DNA of 64,000 nt from Eledone cirrhosa (taxonomy: Eukaryota): the NCBI GenBank assembly GCA_964016885.1, contig OZ024743.1:363258001-363322000 (forward strand), in the 5' to 3' direction. Of this stretch, positions 43,828 to 62,930 are shown one piece after another. The notes below the pieces were generated by a model, which was given only the letters and a program-made list of their open reading frames with translations, was not told the DNA's origin and did not search any database. How positions within the stretch are numbered: the first letter of the stretch is position 1; each line of letters opens with the position of its first letter. Position numbers and translations under genes: made by a program.

Positions 43828-44130
43828 ATAATGATACATGACATACCCTGAGATGTTAAATGGTTAAGATTTAATCAAGGTAGTTTATATATATATATAT
43901 AAATCATATGAATTCTCGAAGTGCTAGGAATGTTTGAAATGTGCAAATGTGAGAATATAGTGGACAGGGGAATCGAAACTCGTACCTCTCGTATACCGTG
44001 TGAATGTGTTACCACTGAGTTTGTCTACACAGTATATAAATATGTGTGTGATGAATTTGTGTGTTTTTATGTGTGTGTGCGTGTAAGCGTATGAATTACG
44101 CATTTCCTTGTGGTTGTATAGATGATATAC

Positions 44131-44183
44131 ATACCCTCTGACGAGGAACAACTCAACTAGGTTCGAAAATCGATTAAAGGCAT
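44131..44183 (+). ncRNA. Hammerhead-like motif (family H5); degenerate siblings at ~29511-29548 and ~44792-44837
   Basis: ataccct-CTGACGA-ggaac...gttc-GAAA-atcgat-TA-aaggcat. Stem III is the palindrome AATCGATT. The sibling at 44792 restores the 5' strand of stem I (atgcctt). Confidence 0.6.
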
Positions 44184-44309
44184 TTGTCCTTTTTCCCTTT
44201 AATAGGAAATACGTATATTTGACTTGTTTACAATATCTATGGACTAAAAATGTGTAAATTTATACGCAATCTTGGTTGCTTGTATTTTGTATACTTAGAG
44301 ATATAACTT

Positions 44310-44673
44310 CGTCTGCTTAGCGCGCAACTTAATTTGTTGAGGCCCCACTCGGTCACGAAGGACCATGGTTCTGCACCTAGAAAGTTTCCTCCGAGGCACA
44401 AACCTGGGCAAGGTTTGTTTTGTGGAAGACCAGTAGTCGCCCATGCATACCAGTCTCCCCTCTCCACGCCACCGATGTTGTCCAAGGCAAAGGCAATGAC
44501 CGATACAGCTTGGCACCAGTGACGTCAAAACTCATTTCTACAGCTGAGTAAACTGGAGCAACGTGAAATAAAGTGTCTTGCTCAAGGACACAACGCATCA
44601 TCCGGTCCGAGAATCGAACTCACAATCTCTCAATTGCAAGCCCAATGCTCTAGCCACTAAGCTATGCACCTTC
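44310..44673 (-). mobile_element. Second tRNA-derived SINE family (V-domain-like core)
   Basis: The minus strand has tagcttagtgg (A box), gagttcgattc (B box) and gttgtgtccttgagcaagacacttt. Confidence 0.75.
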
Positions 44674-44990
44674 ATATACAACTTAATATACATCTTAATT
44701 AACTACCAAGATGAACGCTAATTATATGCAAATTTGTGAATCCATATCAGGATACAACTATGTGATAGGGTATATAAACCATACGATAGACATGCCTTTT
44801 GTTGAGGAGCTCAACTAGTTTCGAAAATCGATTGAAGTAGTATATCCTTTTTTCAATTTACTGAGAACGTATATGTGGCATATGACAGTACCTATATACT
44901 AAGCATGTGTACATTTATATACACTTTTAGGCAGTCTCGGCTACTTATATACTGTGGGTATGCAGTTATAACTTATACACACACATATAC

Positions 44991-45047
<57 letters not shown>

Positions 45048-45433
45048 TTCACAGAACTTACGTTCACCGAAATCACAGACTAGATCCCTTCTTCCTCCCG
45101 TTAGACCTGTACGGAATTCCTTCCTTGCTCACATTTCAACCAGGTTTGATGGTCTTTATTCTCTCTCGTTCACGATTTCACCGAATTTAAATTCATAGAA
45201 ATTTGGGACTTGACTCCTTCTTCCTCACTTTTCGTTGCTTCACCATTTTTGTTTGTTTACACTCGTGTCCCCTTTATTTACGTGTCCCAACGACTTTTTT
45301 TAGCCGTTGCTCGCACCAACCGGAGGTATATGGTCTTTAAAGCGATGAAATACCAATGATGGTTGGAAGATCACTGATGAAGGACTAACTTTATTCATAT
45401 GTAACCCATTAGCAACCCCGCAGCACGTTTATT

Positions 45434-45474
<41 letters not shown>

Positions 45475-46165
45475 AATCTCTATCTACCTTCGCAATATCG
45501 CTTCAATATATTTCTTCTTTCTTACGCTATACATCATGGCCTTCTTTTCCCCTCGAACACCTCTCTCTATATAACGTCCTCTTCTATTTAATCTCTCTCT
45601 CACTCTCTCTCACTCCCTCCCTCTCTCCCTCTCTCCCTCTCTCCCTCTCTCTCTCTCTCCCTCTCTCTACGGGTGCTCCCCATTTCTCCCCATTGACTTA
45701 TTACATCGCTCCCTGTCCCCCTGCATACCACACCCACAACCTCTCTGGCTTCTAATCCACCCAAAGCTTTCATAAATGTATCCAGACACGCAGAGGCACG
45801 TGCCCCCTCCACATTTCCTTCGCCCTCCCCCATTGAACACGCGTGCTTCCACAGGCACACGCAAACACACACAAACACACGCAAACACACACACAAACAC
45901 GAACACACTTACTCATACATATACTCATATTTATATGTGTGTATGCATGTTTGTTTAAGTATGTATGCATGTATGTATGTATGTATAGCTGCAGGTATGG
46001 CTGCGTCATTGAGAATTCGATTTACAACCACGTGGCTCCGAGCAGGGTCCCATCTAAGGCATGTGTTTTCTACTAAATCCTCGGGTTAAGACATTGCAAA
46101 CGGAATAAGGTAGGCAAAAACTGTGCTGAAGCCCTATGAACATTCACTCACACAAACACACTCGC

Positions 46166-46267
<102 letters not shown>

Positions 46268-46414
46268 TCCTGCAGCACAGTGAGGTTGTTTATTCAAGGT
46301 TTAATTCCGTATTCTCTGTGGACTGTACATCTAATGAATCGATAAGTCTTTCTTTACTGAGTGTTGAATCACTTCGAGTTTGAAACCTCATTAACATAAT
46401 TTCATTCACCTTTG

Positions 46415-46462
<48 letters not shown>

Positions 46463-46626
46463 TTTAATTATGTCTCATATAAAATAATACAACTGGCTAT
46501 CCGCAAAATACATATAGTTAGCACCCCAAACGTAAAATTGCGATTATACTAAGGTATATCCTAATGTTTGTTGAGTGAGATGGAAGCCAGTCAGAGTATA
46601 GCTTAAAGCTTTCTCTGTTAATGTAT

Positions 46627-46700
<74 letters not shown>

Positions 46701-47958
46701 AACGAGTAGGACCCCGTCGAAACGGCTTGAGCTCAGCCGTCGGGGTCCTACTCGTTCCTATTACCCACTCTACTACCCTAAGTATTGAGTACTTTGGTGC
46801 GTTATGGTCCATCTGGTTCCTTACCACATCTCCTTCGTTATATATATATATATATTCATACATACATAGATATATATGTGTGTGTGTTTGTGTGTGTATG
46901 TATATATATATATAAGTGTATGTATGTTTCTATTAGTATTACATACCTGTAAAATGTATAAAGGTGCATACCTGCACATATGCTAACTAGACTGAATACA
47001 AACGTATTCATATTTTCACAAATATTCGTATACGCACATACTTTCACACACACAAACAGCAACACCTCGACGTGTTCGCTCCACCTGATAGAAATAGCAA
47101 CCAAATCTCATTTAAATCAAATTCTACTGTCATAGAAACAGAATGGTTATGCCTGGAATGATCTCAGGTCCACCCGATTGGGGCTTATTTAAGGTTAAAA
47201 ACAACAACAACAACAATATCAACAACAGAACCTACACAGATATACAGAAAGTTCCCTTTTTTCTTCTTTGACGACAATCCAGAATACACTTCAGCTACGC
47301 CCCGTTTCAATGACACGCCCTTAAAACAATCTTAGCTCCTCCTCCCTTTTTTACTGTCTTTTCCTGCTTCTTTTTATACACCCTCCCTCTCTAGTTTTTC
47401 TTTCTTCTATCTTTCATACTCACAGTTTCTCAATTCTTTATTTTTACTCACAACCTCTTTCGAGGTTACACTCTAACTACTCCTAGGGCCATATTAACCC
47501 ATACCTGGCCCTCGAGGGTTTTAGGTATTTCGGCCTCTTCTGGCACTTCAATTTTTCATCTCACTACAAGAAAAAAGTAAATTGACGTGAGGCCCTAGTC
47601 ATGGCCACTACACTTACCCCACATCCTCTCTATTCATTATTTTAGTTTCACCTTTTAAATGTTATATTTTACTTTCATCCCACTCTTTTACACCTCGATA
47701 TCTTTTTGCCTTTTTATATATGTATTCTTCGCGCACACTTTCTCCTTCTATGGCTCCCCTCTCTCTCTCTCTCCCTCTCTCTCTCTCTCTCTCCCCCCTC
47801 TCCCCCCCTCTTTTTTTCTCTCTCTCTCTCACACACACTGGCTAGCATCATTTGTGTTTAGTGTTTAACGCATCAGAGAGATTCCACGTAGGCGTCTTTT
47901 TACACTTTCTTTTCCGCCACGAAGGATATTCTAGTTGATTTTTTACAATTATTATTTA

Positions 47959-48261
47959 AAGAGGATGCACTAACATAAAGTCGTATTAGCTTCATATTGT
48001 CACTATAAATAATTGTTTCTACTTTAGGCACAAGGCCAACAATTACCCAGTTCATGACTGGTACTTTATTTTATCGACCCCATCAGGATGAAAGGCAAAG
48101 TCAATCCCGCCGAGGTTGACTTTGCCTTTCATCCTTATGGGGTCGATAAAATAAAGTACCAGTAATGCACTGGGTAATCGTTGGCCTTGTGCCTAAAGTA
48201 GAAACAATTATTTATAGTGACAATATGAAGCTAATACGACTTTATGTTAGTGCATCCTCTT
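47959..48261. repeat. Inverted duplication of a SINE family A 3' half plus ~50 bp of non-SINE flank
   Basis: The arm aagaggatgcactaacataaagtcg...gaaaggcaaagtcaa is mirrored with a few mismatches. Confidence 0.85.
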
Positions 48262-48450
48262 GTTTGTTCCTTTTTTGTTTCCTTTATATATATATATATA
48301 TATATAAGTAGAAGGGATATTTAATTTGTTGGAAATCCGACAAATATAAATATAAATGTTTATAACTGATTTAGAGCACTCAATAGATTCCTGGAGTAAA
48401 TATTCAATGATATTAAATAAATGGAAACTATATTTATAAAACCATATTTA

Positions 48451-48509
48451 TTTTATTATATATATTTCAAGGGTATCAAAACACTTTGGTACGCTTTCTT
48501 CAGATAAAA
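48451..48509 (-). ncRNA. Minimal type-I hammerhead ribozyme (family H6)
   Basis: The minus strand reads ttttat-CTGAAGA-aagcgtacc...gataccctt-GAAA-tatata-TA-ataaaa. The sibling is at 52208-52263. Confidence 0.7.
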
Positions 48510-48627
48510 TACAAATTTTATTTCATAAATAGAGACATACGCAGGAAAATCCTACCTTATCAGTTGGATATTCGCTGGATATCTCTGGATATATTCTATA
48601 TAAATATAGTTTCCATTTATTTAATAT

Positions 48628-48676
<49 letters not shown>

Positions 48677-48677
<1 letters not shown>

Positions 48678-49100
48678 AGGAGGTGAGTTTTATTGTAGTA
48701 CAATAAAGCAATGCAGATATCGGATAAGAAGCACTCTACAGTTTGTAGGACTGGAGTATACATAATATATAAGATCAAAAGACGGTTAAATGAGTTCCAT
48801 GTATTTTATTATGCGCATTTAAAAAACAAATATCATCATGCAATAACATTTGTGTTTTCATCAGATAAAATAGGAGGACATGATATGAAGGTTAAAAACA
48901 CTTGTGGATAGTGCAGTTTTAAATCAACATATGTTGATTTAAAACTGCACTATCCACAAGTGTTTTTAACCTTCATATCATGTCCTCCTATTTTATCTGA
49001 TGAAAACACAAATGTTATTGCATGATGATATTTGTTTTTTAAATGCGCATAATAAAATACATGGAACTCATTTAACCGTCTTTTGATCTTATATATTATA
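48677..49100. mobile_element. Family H1 palindromic element, second copy
   Basis: Perfect spacerless palindrome centred on aaatcaacat|atgttgattt (~48930). The hammerhead GAAA is changed to TAAA in both arms. Confidence 0.85.
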
Positions 49101-49180
49101 TATATATATATCTATATATATATCTATATATACACACATCTACTGTGTGTAATATTCATATTACAACACTACGGAAAATA

Positions 49181-49243
<63 letters not shown>

Positions 49244-49249
49244 TATATC

Positions 49250-49416
49250 ACCACTCCCCTACACACCCTTGGAACTCTCTTCCCACACACTTTTCACCTG
49301 AAGAAGGGCTTATGCCCGAAACGTCGTTCCCCACCACCACCACCCCACTCTCAAGAGCGTGAAACTAATAAACCTTTGTTCGTACTGCCTCTCTGTTTTG
49401 TTACCGTTCAATTTTT

Positions 49417-49420
<4 letters not shown>
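49250..49420 (+). mobile_element. PLE-type terminal segment with minimal hammerhead at 49296-49327 (family H7); longer siblings at ~49880-50378 and ~51730-52135
   Basis: ac-CTGAAGA-a-gggc-ttat-gccc-GAAA-cg-TC-gt. The sibling at 50260 has GAAG and the one at 52014 has CTGATGA..GAAAcgtc. All end at TA-rich tracts. Confidence 0.75.
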
Positions 49421-49450
<30 letters not shown>

Positions 49451-49987
49451 GGTGGATTCGATTTGAAACTTGTTAGATCATTACTCAACAGAGTACTCGA
49501 TACTTGGGGTAGCGGAGTATGGTTATATTATAAAATGTTAGGACCCGACTCTATAATATGTATATATCCTGATGATTTCCTACGAATGAAACAGTTCTAG
49601 TCATGTAGAAGCCATCTCTGTATTAAATATTGTATATACTCTATGTATTGAGTACCTTACTTACTGTGGTTACCCCCGATTGAACCGAACACACGCGCAC
49701 ACACACACATACACATATATATACACATATATATAGTTGAACAAATAAACCAAAACAAACCCAGGGATGCAAAAATACAGTCTTATATCATTCTTTCTCA
49801 TTCTCTAAATAGACTGTGTTCTGATCTGGAGAAAAGATGGGCTCGGCCACGTTTAACATATCCAAGTAACGCCTTATGTCACCAAGGTGTCCCTACGAAC
49901 CCACAATGAGACGCGCCCAGAAATACACACGCACACACAAATACATATATATATAGTGAAAAATGGAACGGGAACAAAACAGAGAGG

Positions 49988-50022
<35 letters not shown>

Positions 50023-50374
50023 ACACCTACACACACACACCACCTTCAACCCTCCCCGCTCGGACACCCCGTCTCCCTCTCCCCACCCCTACACGCCCCA
50101 CACCCTTCCACCACCTGTTTTACCCCATTTTAACTTTATTTTGATCATGCCTTTATTTTTAATTTCATTTGCACCGTTTCCTCTCACCCCCTTTTTGCTA
50201 TATGTCTCTCCACCACTCCCCTACACACCCTTTGAACTCTCTTCCCACACACTTTTCACCTGAAGAAGGGCTTATGCCCGAAGCGTCGTTCCCCACCAGC
50301 ACCCCACTCTCAAGAGCGTGAAATTAATAAACTTTTGTTTGTACTGCCTCTCTGTTTTGTTCCCGTTCAATTTT

Positions 50375-50416
<42 letters not shown>

Positions 50417-50915
50417 ATCTGAATTAGAAATAATATTCGATTCGTTTGCAATTATTATTAATATTCGAAAAACTCACATTACATTTATTGTATTCAGCCA
50501 TATAGAGCGATAAAGTATTTGTTTGTTATTATATATATATATACATTTATATATACAATATATAGTAAGAAACACAGTAAACCGTGTGTCTAAAAATTAC
50601 AAGGGTTGAAAAACCACATATGCTTGAAATATTTAACCAAGAAACAGACAGAATGACAAAATGAAAATAAAAATATATTATCATAATTATACAAACCGCC
50701 TCAATAACCATTATATCTCTCGGACAGATTATCCCTAATCTGTTTCGCCCTGAGTGTGCTTGTAACAGATAATCCTGGGCTTCATCAGCGAGAGATTGCG
50801 ATTAAATGCCACAAACACTATTTGCCAACGTTCACACAGAAAGATGAATTCATCACCTCGTGCTTCGCCAGTCTAACGTGGTAAGCGCGAGGGTTCTAAT
50901 TCTCATATATACATT

Positions 50916-50950
<35 letters not shown>

Positions 50951-50998
50951 ATGCATGTGTGTGTATATATATATATAAACATATATATTTATATTTAT

Positions 50999-51089
<91 letters not shown>

Positions 51090-51345
51090 AATATATAAGA
51101 ATCACGAAGTATTTTGAGGTAAATATCTTTTAATTTCTTTACTTTAATCATTGTTAAATAAACTATGTCTTCTAATAATCTCTTCTAAGTAACATACATT
51201 AATATATTTTTTATCATATTTTTTTCTTGCATGAAGAAGTCGAAATTTTTATCGACTGAAACCGGTACTAAAAATTGTTTTTTAAAAAAATGTTTTTCTA
51301 TGATAAAATTCTATTAGCATTTTCTACTGTTTACTTATTTTCCTA

Positions 51346-51431
<86 letters not shown>

Positions 51432-51682
51432 TTAATTAGATAATAAACAACACAATATAATTATTCCATTACCAATCGTTTCAGGAAAATAGACGATCTT
51501 AACAGAAACGTCCAATACGTTCATCAGATGAAATATTTGAAACTGGACGTTTGTGTTAAGATCGTCTAGTTTCCTGAAACCTTTGGTAATGGAATAATTA
51601 CATTATGTTGTTTATGTAATTAAATAGTTCTGTACTATACATAGAGCACTCTTCTTTCCTTTTCCTTTTCTACAGAAATACA

Positions 51683-51715
<33 letters not shown>

Positions 51716-52207
51716 CATATATATATATAATTTTTCCTAATACCTGAGCATGGAACCTCGTTCTCCCCCAAACTTTCACACTCACATCCACGCATACACA
51801 CACATGTACACCTACACACATACACACACACCACCTTCCGTCCTCCCCGCTCTGACCCCCAATTTCCTTACCACCTCTACACACCTCACACCCTTTCACC
51901 ACTTGTTTTCATTTTAATTTTTTTTCCTTCATTTTAATGTTTACCCCTTTATTTTAATATCTTTTCACCACTCCCCACACCCCCTCGGAACTCGTTTCTT
52001 TCCCACCTTTCTCCTGATGAAGGGCTTATGTCCGAAACGTCGCCCCCCCACCATCCACTTTCAAGCGTGAAGTGAACCTAATACAAACACTGTACGTAAC
52101 TGCACTCCTTTTGCTTTTGTTTTTTACTTTGCCAATATATACATACATGTATATATATGTATGAACCGTTCCTGGGTATGTCACTATTTATAAAACAAAC
52201 TTTGTAT

Positions 52208-52263
52208 TTTATCTGATGAGAGCGTACCAAACTGTTGGTACCCTTGAAATATATATAATAGAA
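52208..52263 (+). ncRNA. Minimal type-I hammerhead ribozyme (family H6)
   Basis: tttat-CTGATGA-gagcgtacc(aaactgtt)ggtaccctt-GAAA-tatata-TA-atagaa. Confidence 0.75.
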
Positions 52264-52344
52264 TAAATATGGTTTTATAAATATAGTTTCCATTTATTAA
52301 TATCATTGATATATATATATCATTGATATATATATATATATATA

Positions 52345-53428
<1,084 letters not shown>

Positions 53429-53538
53429 CACTAGCTAATATGTAGCATTGTGATATATAATGGGTAAAAAAATATTACTTTGTTTTATCAGCCATTGCCC
53501 TTTATATATTTTTTAAAGTTCTCATCAATCAATTATTG

Positions 53539-53623
<85 letters not shown>

Positions 53624-54672
53624 GTATGTATTTATATATTTATATATATTTATATATACTTCGTCTTTGTATGTGTTTTGCAAGATTTCTTATCTGAAAA
53701 CGTGTTTGGAAACAGATATTGTTCTACTTTGTGGGGGTCATGATGCCAAGTAAAACACATGCACCTTTAAGTTTTCACTTCAATTTATTACATATGTCCA
53801 GCTGGTTGGTTTAATAACCGCATGGTTGTTTTTTATCGTCAAAGCTCTTTCGTCACACATTCTGTGATCTCCACAGTGACTAATTTGTTATTTTTTGTCT
53901 CTCCTTTGTTCTGTCCTACACCATCTTATTTTTGTGTGTTGTGTGGGGTGTATTTGCGTTGCGCATGCGTTATATACGGGTGTGTGTGCATTTTTATTTA
54001 TTTATACGTTTATTTACTTATCATTAGTTGGTTGCTTGCTTTATCTGTGTGTGTCTGTGTTTTTTTTTTATTAATTTGGTTCTTGTGTATGTTTTAATCT
54101 TGTCCTTAATTAGTTTGGTATTTGTGTGTCTCTGTATGTCTTTGTCTTCTTCTTGTGTGTCACTTTATATCTTTATTTTGTCCTTAATTACTAGTTGTGA
54201 TGTTGTTTCTATTCCACTCATGTTTTCTGTTTAGTTTTCGGTTGGAGTTCGTTTATGTTTGTGGTTTCTGTAATGTGTCGGAGCATTGCGTCTTTTCTGT
54301 GTGTGGATATGATTTTTATTTCTATGTTTTCTAGTGTGCTCCCATGTTCCATTTTGGTATGTTGGTAGAGTAATAATGAGTTCTTCCCATCTTAGAGTTC
54401 CCGTCAGTGTTCATTCATCCTTTCTCCTATGTCACGGACTGTCACACCTATGTAAGTTGTATTGCTATCCCTACACTGTCCTTCCGTGCATGTTATGCTA
54501 TATGCTACAAATTAGTTACAGAATATGTGACGAAAGAGCTTTGACAATAAAAAACAACCATGCAGTTATTAAACCAACCAACTGGAGATTTGTAATAAAT
54601 TGAAGTGAAAAGCGACAGGTGAGTGTGTTTTTATTGGCAGCTTGACCCTTCCAAAGTATAACTATATATATG

Positions 54673-54719
<47 letters not shown>

Positions 54720-54943
54720 CATTATAACATTATAATAAATGTTCGGTAAACCCATACGTACATATATATATATGTGTGCATGTATGTATATATATACATA
54801 CTACTGTACGTCTGTATACATATATGTATGTACGTATACATACATACTTACATTTAAGTATCAGCCGTACTAAGAGTGAGAAATGAAATTTCGTTTCATT
54901 CTTTTCCACTTATCGTTTTCGGTGCGCCCGGCCGACTAACTCA

Positions 54944-55015
<72 letters not shown>

Positions 55016-55045
55016 CTCTCTCTCGCTCTCTCTCTCCCTCTCTCT

Positions 55046-55093
<48 letters not shown>

Positions 55094-55139
55094 ATATATA
55101 TATATATATATATTTGGCTCCCTCGGTTGAGCACTCTAT

Positions 55140-58420
<3,281 letters not shown>

Positions 58421-58491
58421 TATTGTTATACTTTGGGAGGGTCATGTTGCCAATCTTATTGGCAACATGACCCTCCCAAAGTATAACAATA
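58421..58491. repeat. Perfect 34-bp-arm palindrome adjoining (TA)n
   Basis: tattgttatactttgggagggtcatgttgccaat-ctt-attggcaacatgaccctcccaaagtataacaata. Related single arms are at ~58591 and ~54635-54662. Confidence 0.9.
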
Positions 58492-58546
58492 TCGGTTTCA
58501 ACACACGATTTCAGATAAAGAATCTTGCTAAACAAATTCAGAAACG

Positions 58547-58593
<47 letters not shown>

Positions 58594-58896
58594 TGTTATA
58601 CTTGTGGAGGGTCATATTGTCGTAATAAAATTGCCAGAAATAACAGAACACACTCACTGTTTGGTTGGTTTTCGCTTCTGCATCTTTTATATCTCCACTG
58701 TTAATTTATTTGACAATCATTGTTTATCATTGACTGACCATCGGTTAAAAATATATATATAAATATATATATATAGTCTATCAAAGTTCTTTCGTTGCAC
58801 ATCTGCAACATCATCAGTGCTACTATTATCACGTTCCCTCCTATTGTGTTGTATTTTAATATATATATATGTGTGTGTGTATATACATATATACAT

Positions 58897-58975
<79 letters not shown>

Positions 58976-59239
58976 TATATACATATATATGTATACGTGT
59001 GTGCACATGTATTCATGTATGTATATATACTATATTATATAAAATACATGACAAAATGACAAACTGGCGCATACCTTTCTAGATACTCAGAGTTTGCCGA
59101 AGCAAATTGATCTTCATATATATGTCTGTGTATGTCTATTACGTATTGTGTGTGTCTGAATGTGTATATACATATATAATATTATATTATATCATATTAG
59201 ATATGTGTGTTTGTCTGTGTTTGTTTGTGTGCATTATTA

Positions 59240-59759
59240 TGAGCTAGATGCGTTGGGCTGGCCATGTTGTCAGGATGGATAATGGTGGGCTGCCTAAACA
59301 GTTGTTTTATGGTGAGCTGACCAGAGGAAAAAGTCCACGACATAAACAAAAGAAGCGGTTAAGGATGTCATAAAAGACAATATTAAAGATCTAAAGATGG
59401 ATATGAAAACCGGGAGGCTTTTGCTGAAGGCCGTACATCATGAAGAATGATCATCAAGTACGGATCTGATGTCTTTGAGAAAAAGCGAGTGGAGCATGCT
59501 GTTTTGAAGCATTCAATCCGTAAGCCAGATCCAAGTGCAGTGCCTGCAAAAGTCCAGCAGAAATTGAGGTGCAATGTGTGTGGGCGATTTTTTTTCTATC
59601 AAAAGCTGGATTTGTCAACCATCTGAAATTACACCAGACTGGGAGAATTCTAGCCCCTTGTGAGATGGTTCTACGTCCACGCTCTCCAATGAATGTGGCT
59701 TAATTTGCAAGTCAGCTGGTGGACTTACCAGACATGGTAAAATGTATGATGACACATGA

Positions 59760-59762
<3 letters not shown>
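59240..59762 (+). mobile_element. 3' end of an RTE-clade LINE
   Basis: RWAGHVVRMDNGGLPKQLFYGELTRGKSPRHKQKKR, then C2H2-like CNVCGRFFLSKAGFVNHLKLH and a second finger remnant ICKSAGGLTRH. Confidence 0.85.
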
Positions 59763-59837
<75 letters not shown>

Positions 59838-60347
59838 GATAAATTATCTACCTATTGCACTGGTGGTCAGCATGCTTTCTTACAGTGAACTTTTAGTTCC
59901 AGACAACTTTCTGACCGGGACCAGCACGGCGTTGGCAATGGCTGATTTGTAGCCGTCAATGCATGTGCAAGCGTTTATGTGTATAAGGTTTTATACGTTT
60001 ATATATTATGCATTTTTTTTATTCTTTGTTTTATTTTATTTTTATTTTTATTTTTGCTTTTCGTATTTGGCTACCCCCCTCTTCCTCTTTGCCTTGCTGT
60101 CCCCAGTGCCCTAGGCCTGTGTTTTTTGTGTCTTTTGAATAAAATTCTAAAGTCATTGTTTCTGAGGATAGACAGCAGAATGATTCTTATTTTTAGGTTA
60201 ATAACATCGAGTTCCATAATTACCACGATAAATATACACATCTATATATTTTATTTTTTCCCTTTGAAACGATCATAAAGCAATGGCTTAATTAACTACT
60301 ACGCCTTGAGGTATTTTTTTTTATTGTTCAACAATGAGTGTGTGTGT

Positions 60348-60418
<71 letters not shown>

Positions 60419-60826
60419 CATTAAGAAAGCATAGATTTTTATTCCTTTTTATTAAAAGACACCTTATCTAGCGGAATCCATTTGGAAGCACTGATCTAAG
60501 CTGTATATTTACAAAACTTAAATTACTTATTTATATATATTGTCACTGCATAATTAAGAAAAAAACGGGGACCTGTATTTTAACTTAATGTTTACCAAGG
60601 TCTGCTGCCTATCAACAACACGACACCCATAGCATTAGCAATTGCATGATATTTATACATGATATTAACTGGTGCACAGTACTCTCTTTGTCTCTATAGG
60701 TATCACGCACCACAAATAACAGTCATCCCACAAAAGACAGACATACATGAATGTATGTATGTAAGTACTTACCAAGTGTCAAAGAAGCAAATGTTAAGAT
60801 ATCAATCTGGCTTACATTTCAGACGT

Positions 60827-60896
<70 letters not shown>

Positions 60897-60918
60897 TATG
60901 CGCCAAACACACACACAC

Positions 60919-60961
<43 letters not shown>

Positions 60962-62092
60962 TGTGTGTATATGCATGTATGTGTGTAAAAGATTTGCTAA
61001 AATATATTTAATGTTAACGCATTGTGACATATTGTAAAACAGTTAAACTGAGGTGAGATTTACCAATGACATGATTCATTGCAGTAATGCCACTAACTGT
61101 ACTTTGATCTGAACAATACCACACATCTGGTACATCAGGCGATCCGGTTTCGCTTCTGGCCTTATATTTTATTAATTTTCTCTTTTACTCTTTAATCAAA
61201 GAAAGAAGGGCAGTGTCCATGACATTTTTTCCAAGGTTACAATGTTTGCAGCTTGGGCAAGGGGGTGGTGTTAAACCAGAGGTTAAATCTACCATTTAAA
61301 TAAGCCACAATGACATTTTAGCTCAGAACATAAAAATTCGAACAAATACAACAAGGTATCTCCTCCCACTCTCTAACAATTCCACCAACTGTAGGCTGAC
61401 TTGGCCTGAACCAGAAATAGAATGAAGGGGTTTGCTCCAGCAGGGTTGTATACATATAAGTTTTGTATATATAATTCTATTTCTTGTTCAGCCTGAGCCA
61501 GCCTAAGGATCCGTATTCAATTGAGGCTAATCAGCCAGTATACATAAGCATTAAAACTATATATTTGCGCCTGTATTGAGTTCCAATAGAAAGCGAAGTA
61601 GAGGGGTGCATTACCTTGATTACGACCAGATTAGTCAGAAACAGCTGTTGGTAATTTCCCCTTGCTTCTGCTGGCGCTATGTGGCGCCCTGTCACTGGCT
61701 TTCAAAAATCCATAGCTAAAGACTTTCAAATGTGTATTCGTAAACATATCGTATATTATTCTATATACAATACATACAGACAGACAGACAACACTCCATC
61801 AAAATGCAGTCAATAATTATATAACATGTTTACAATATCAACTGATACCCTAACAATTTCTCTAAATAGGGGTTCATCTCACGTCACAGAAAAATCACCC
61901 ATTATTAGTTATGTTTGTTATTTCACCAAACCTTGTCGTTGATATATTTCAGCACTGTACCCACACATTTAGTGTGAGAGTGCGGGACACTCTCCCAGTG
62001 TAAAATCCATGTTACACTCTCCCTGTGTAACATCATTACCCTCTACTTACTCTTCAGGCTATAATATTCAATCTTGCTTTCTGCTAGTTAAA

Positions 62093-62130
<38 letters not shown>

Positions 62131-62193
62131 GAGGTAGTACCATGAAATACTGGTGTTGATACCAATATGTAAGTGAAACTTCCTCGTTTTTTC

Positions 62194-62302
<109 letters not shown>

Positions 62303-62589
62303 GTAAACAGAAATAACAACACAATTGGTATAGTATATGGAGGGAATATATTAGGTAATCGCTTGAAATAGCAGGAAGAGAGTCTTAACGTTTCGGACGC
62401 TAGTCTTTCACCAGGAGAAAGAATGAGAAATTAGATAGATTGAAGGAGAGAGTGGGGTGGAGCTGGAAAAAATGTTTTAGACAAAAATAACAAGTCCGTT
62501 CATGATGCCATCTCTTGGAAAACTTTTGATGCTGGCGTTTTGTGTATGATGTAGTGGTTAATGGACCACGTGTGTACGTATGCATATTT

Positions 62590-62632
<43 letters not shown>

Positions 62633-62847
62633 ACGAAGGAAATGTGGTAAGGAACCAGGTGGACCATAACGCACCAAAGTACTCAATACTTGGGGTAGTA
62701 GAGTGGGTAATAGGAACCAGTAAGACCCCGACGGCTGAGCTCAAGCCGTTTCGACGGCTAATTCTGGACTAAAAAAAAAAAAAAAAAAAAAAGTCCAGAA
62801 TTAGCCGTCGAAACGGCTTGAGCTCAGCCGTCGGAGTCTTACTGGTT

Positions 62848-62930
<83 letters not shown>

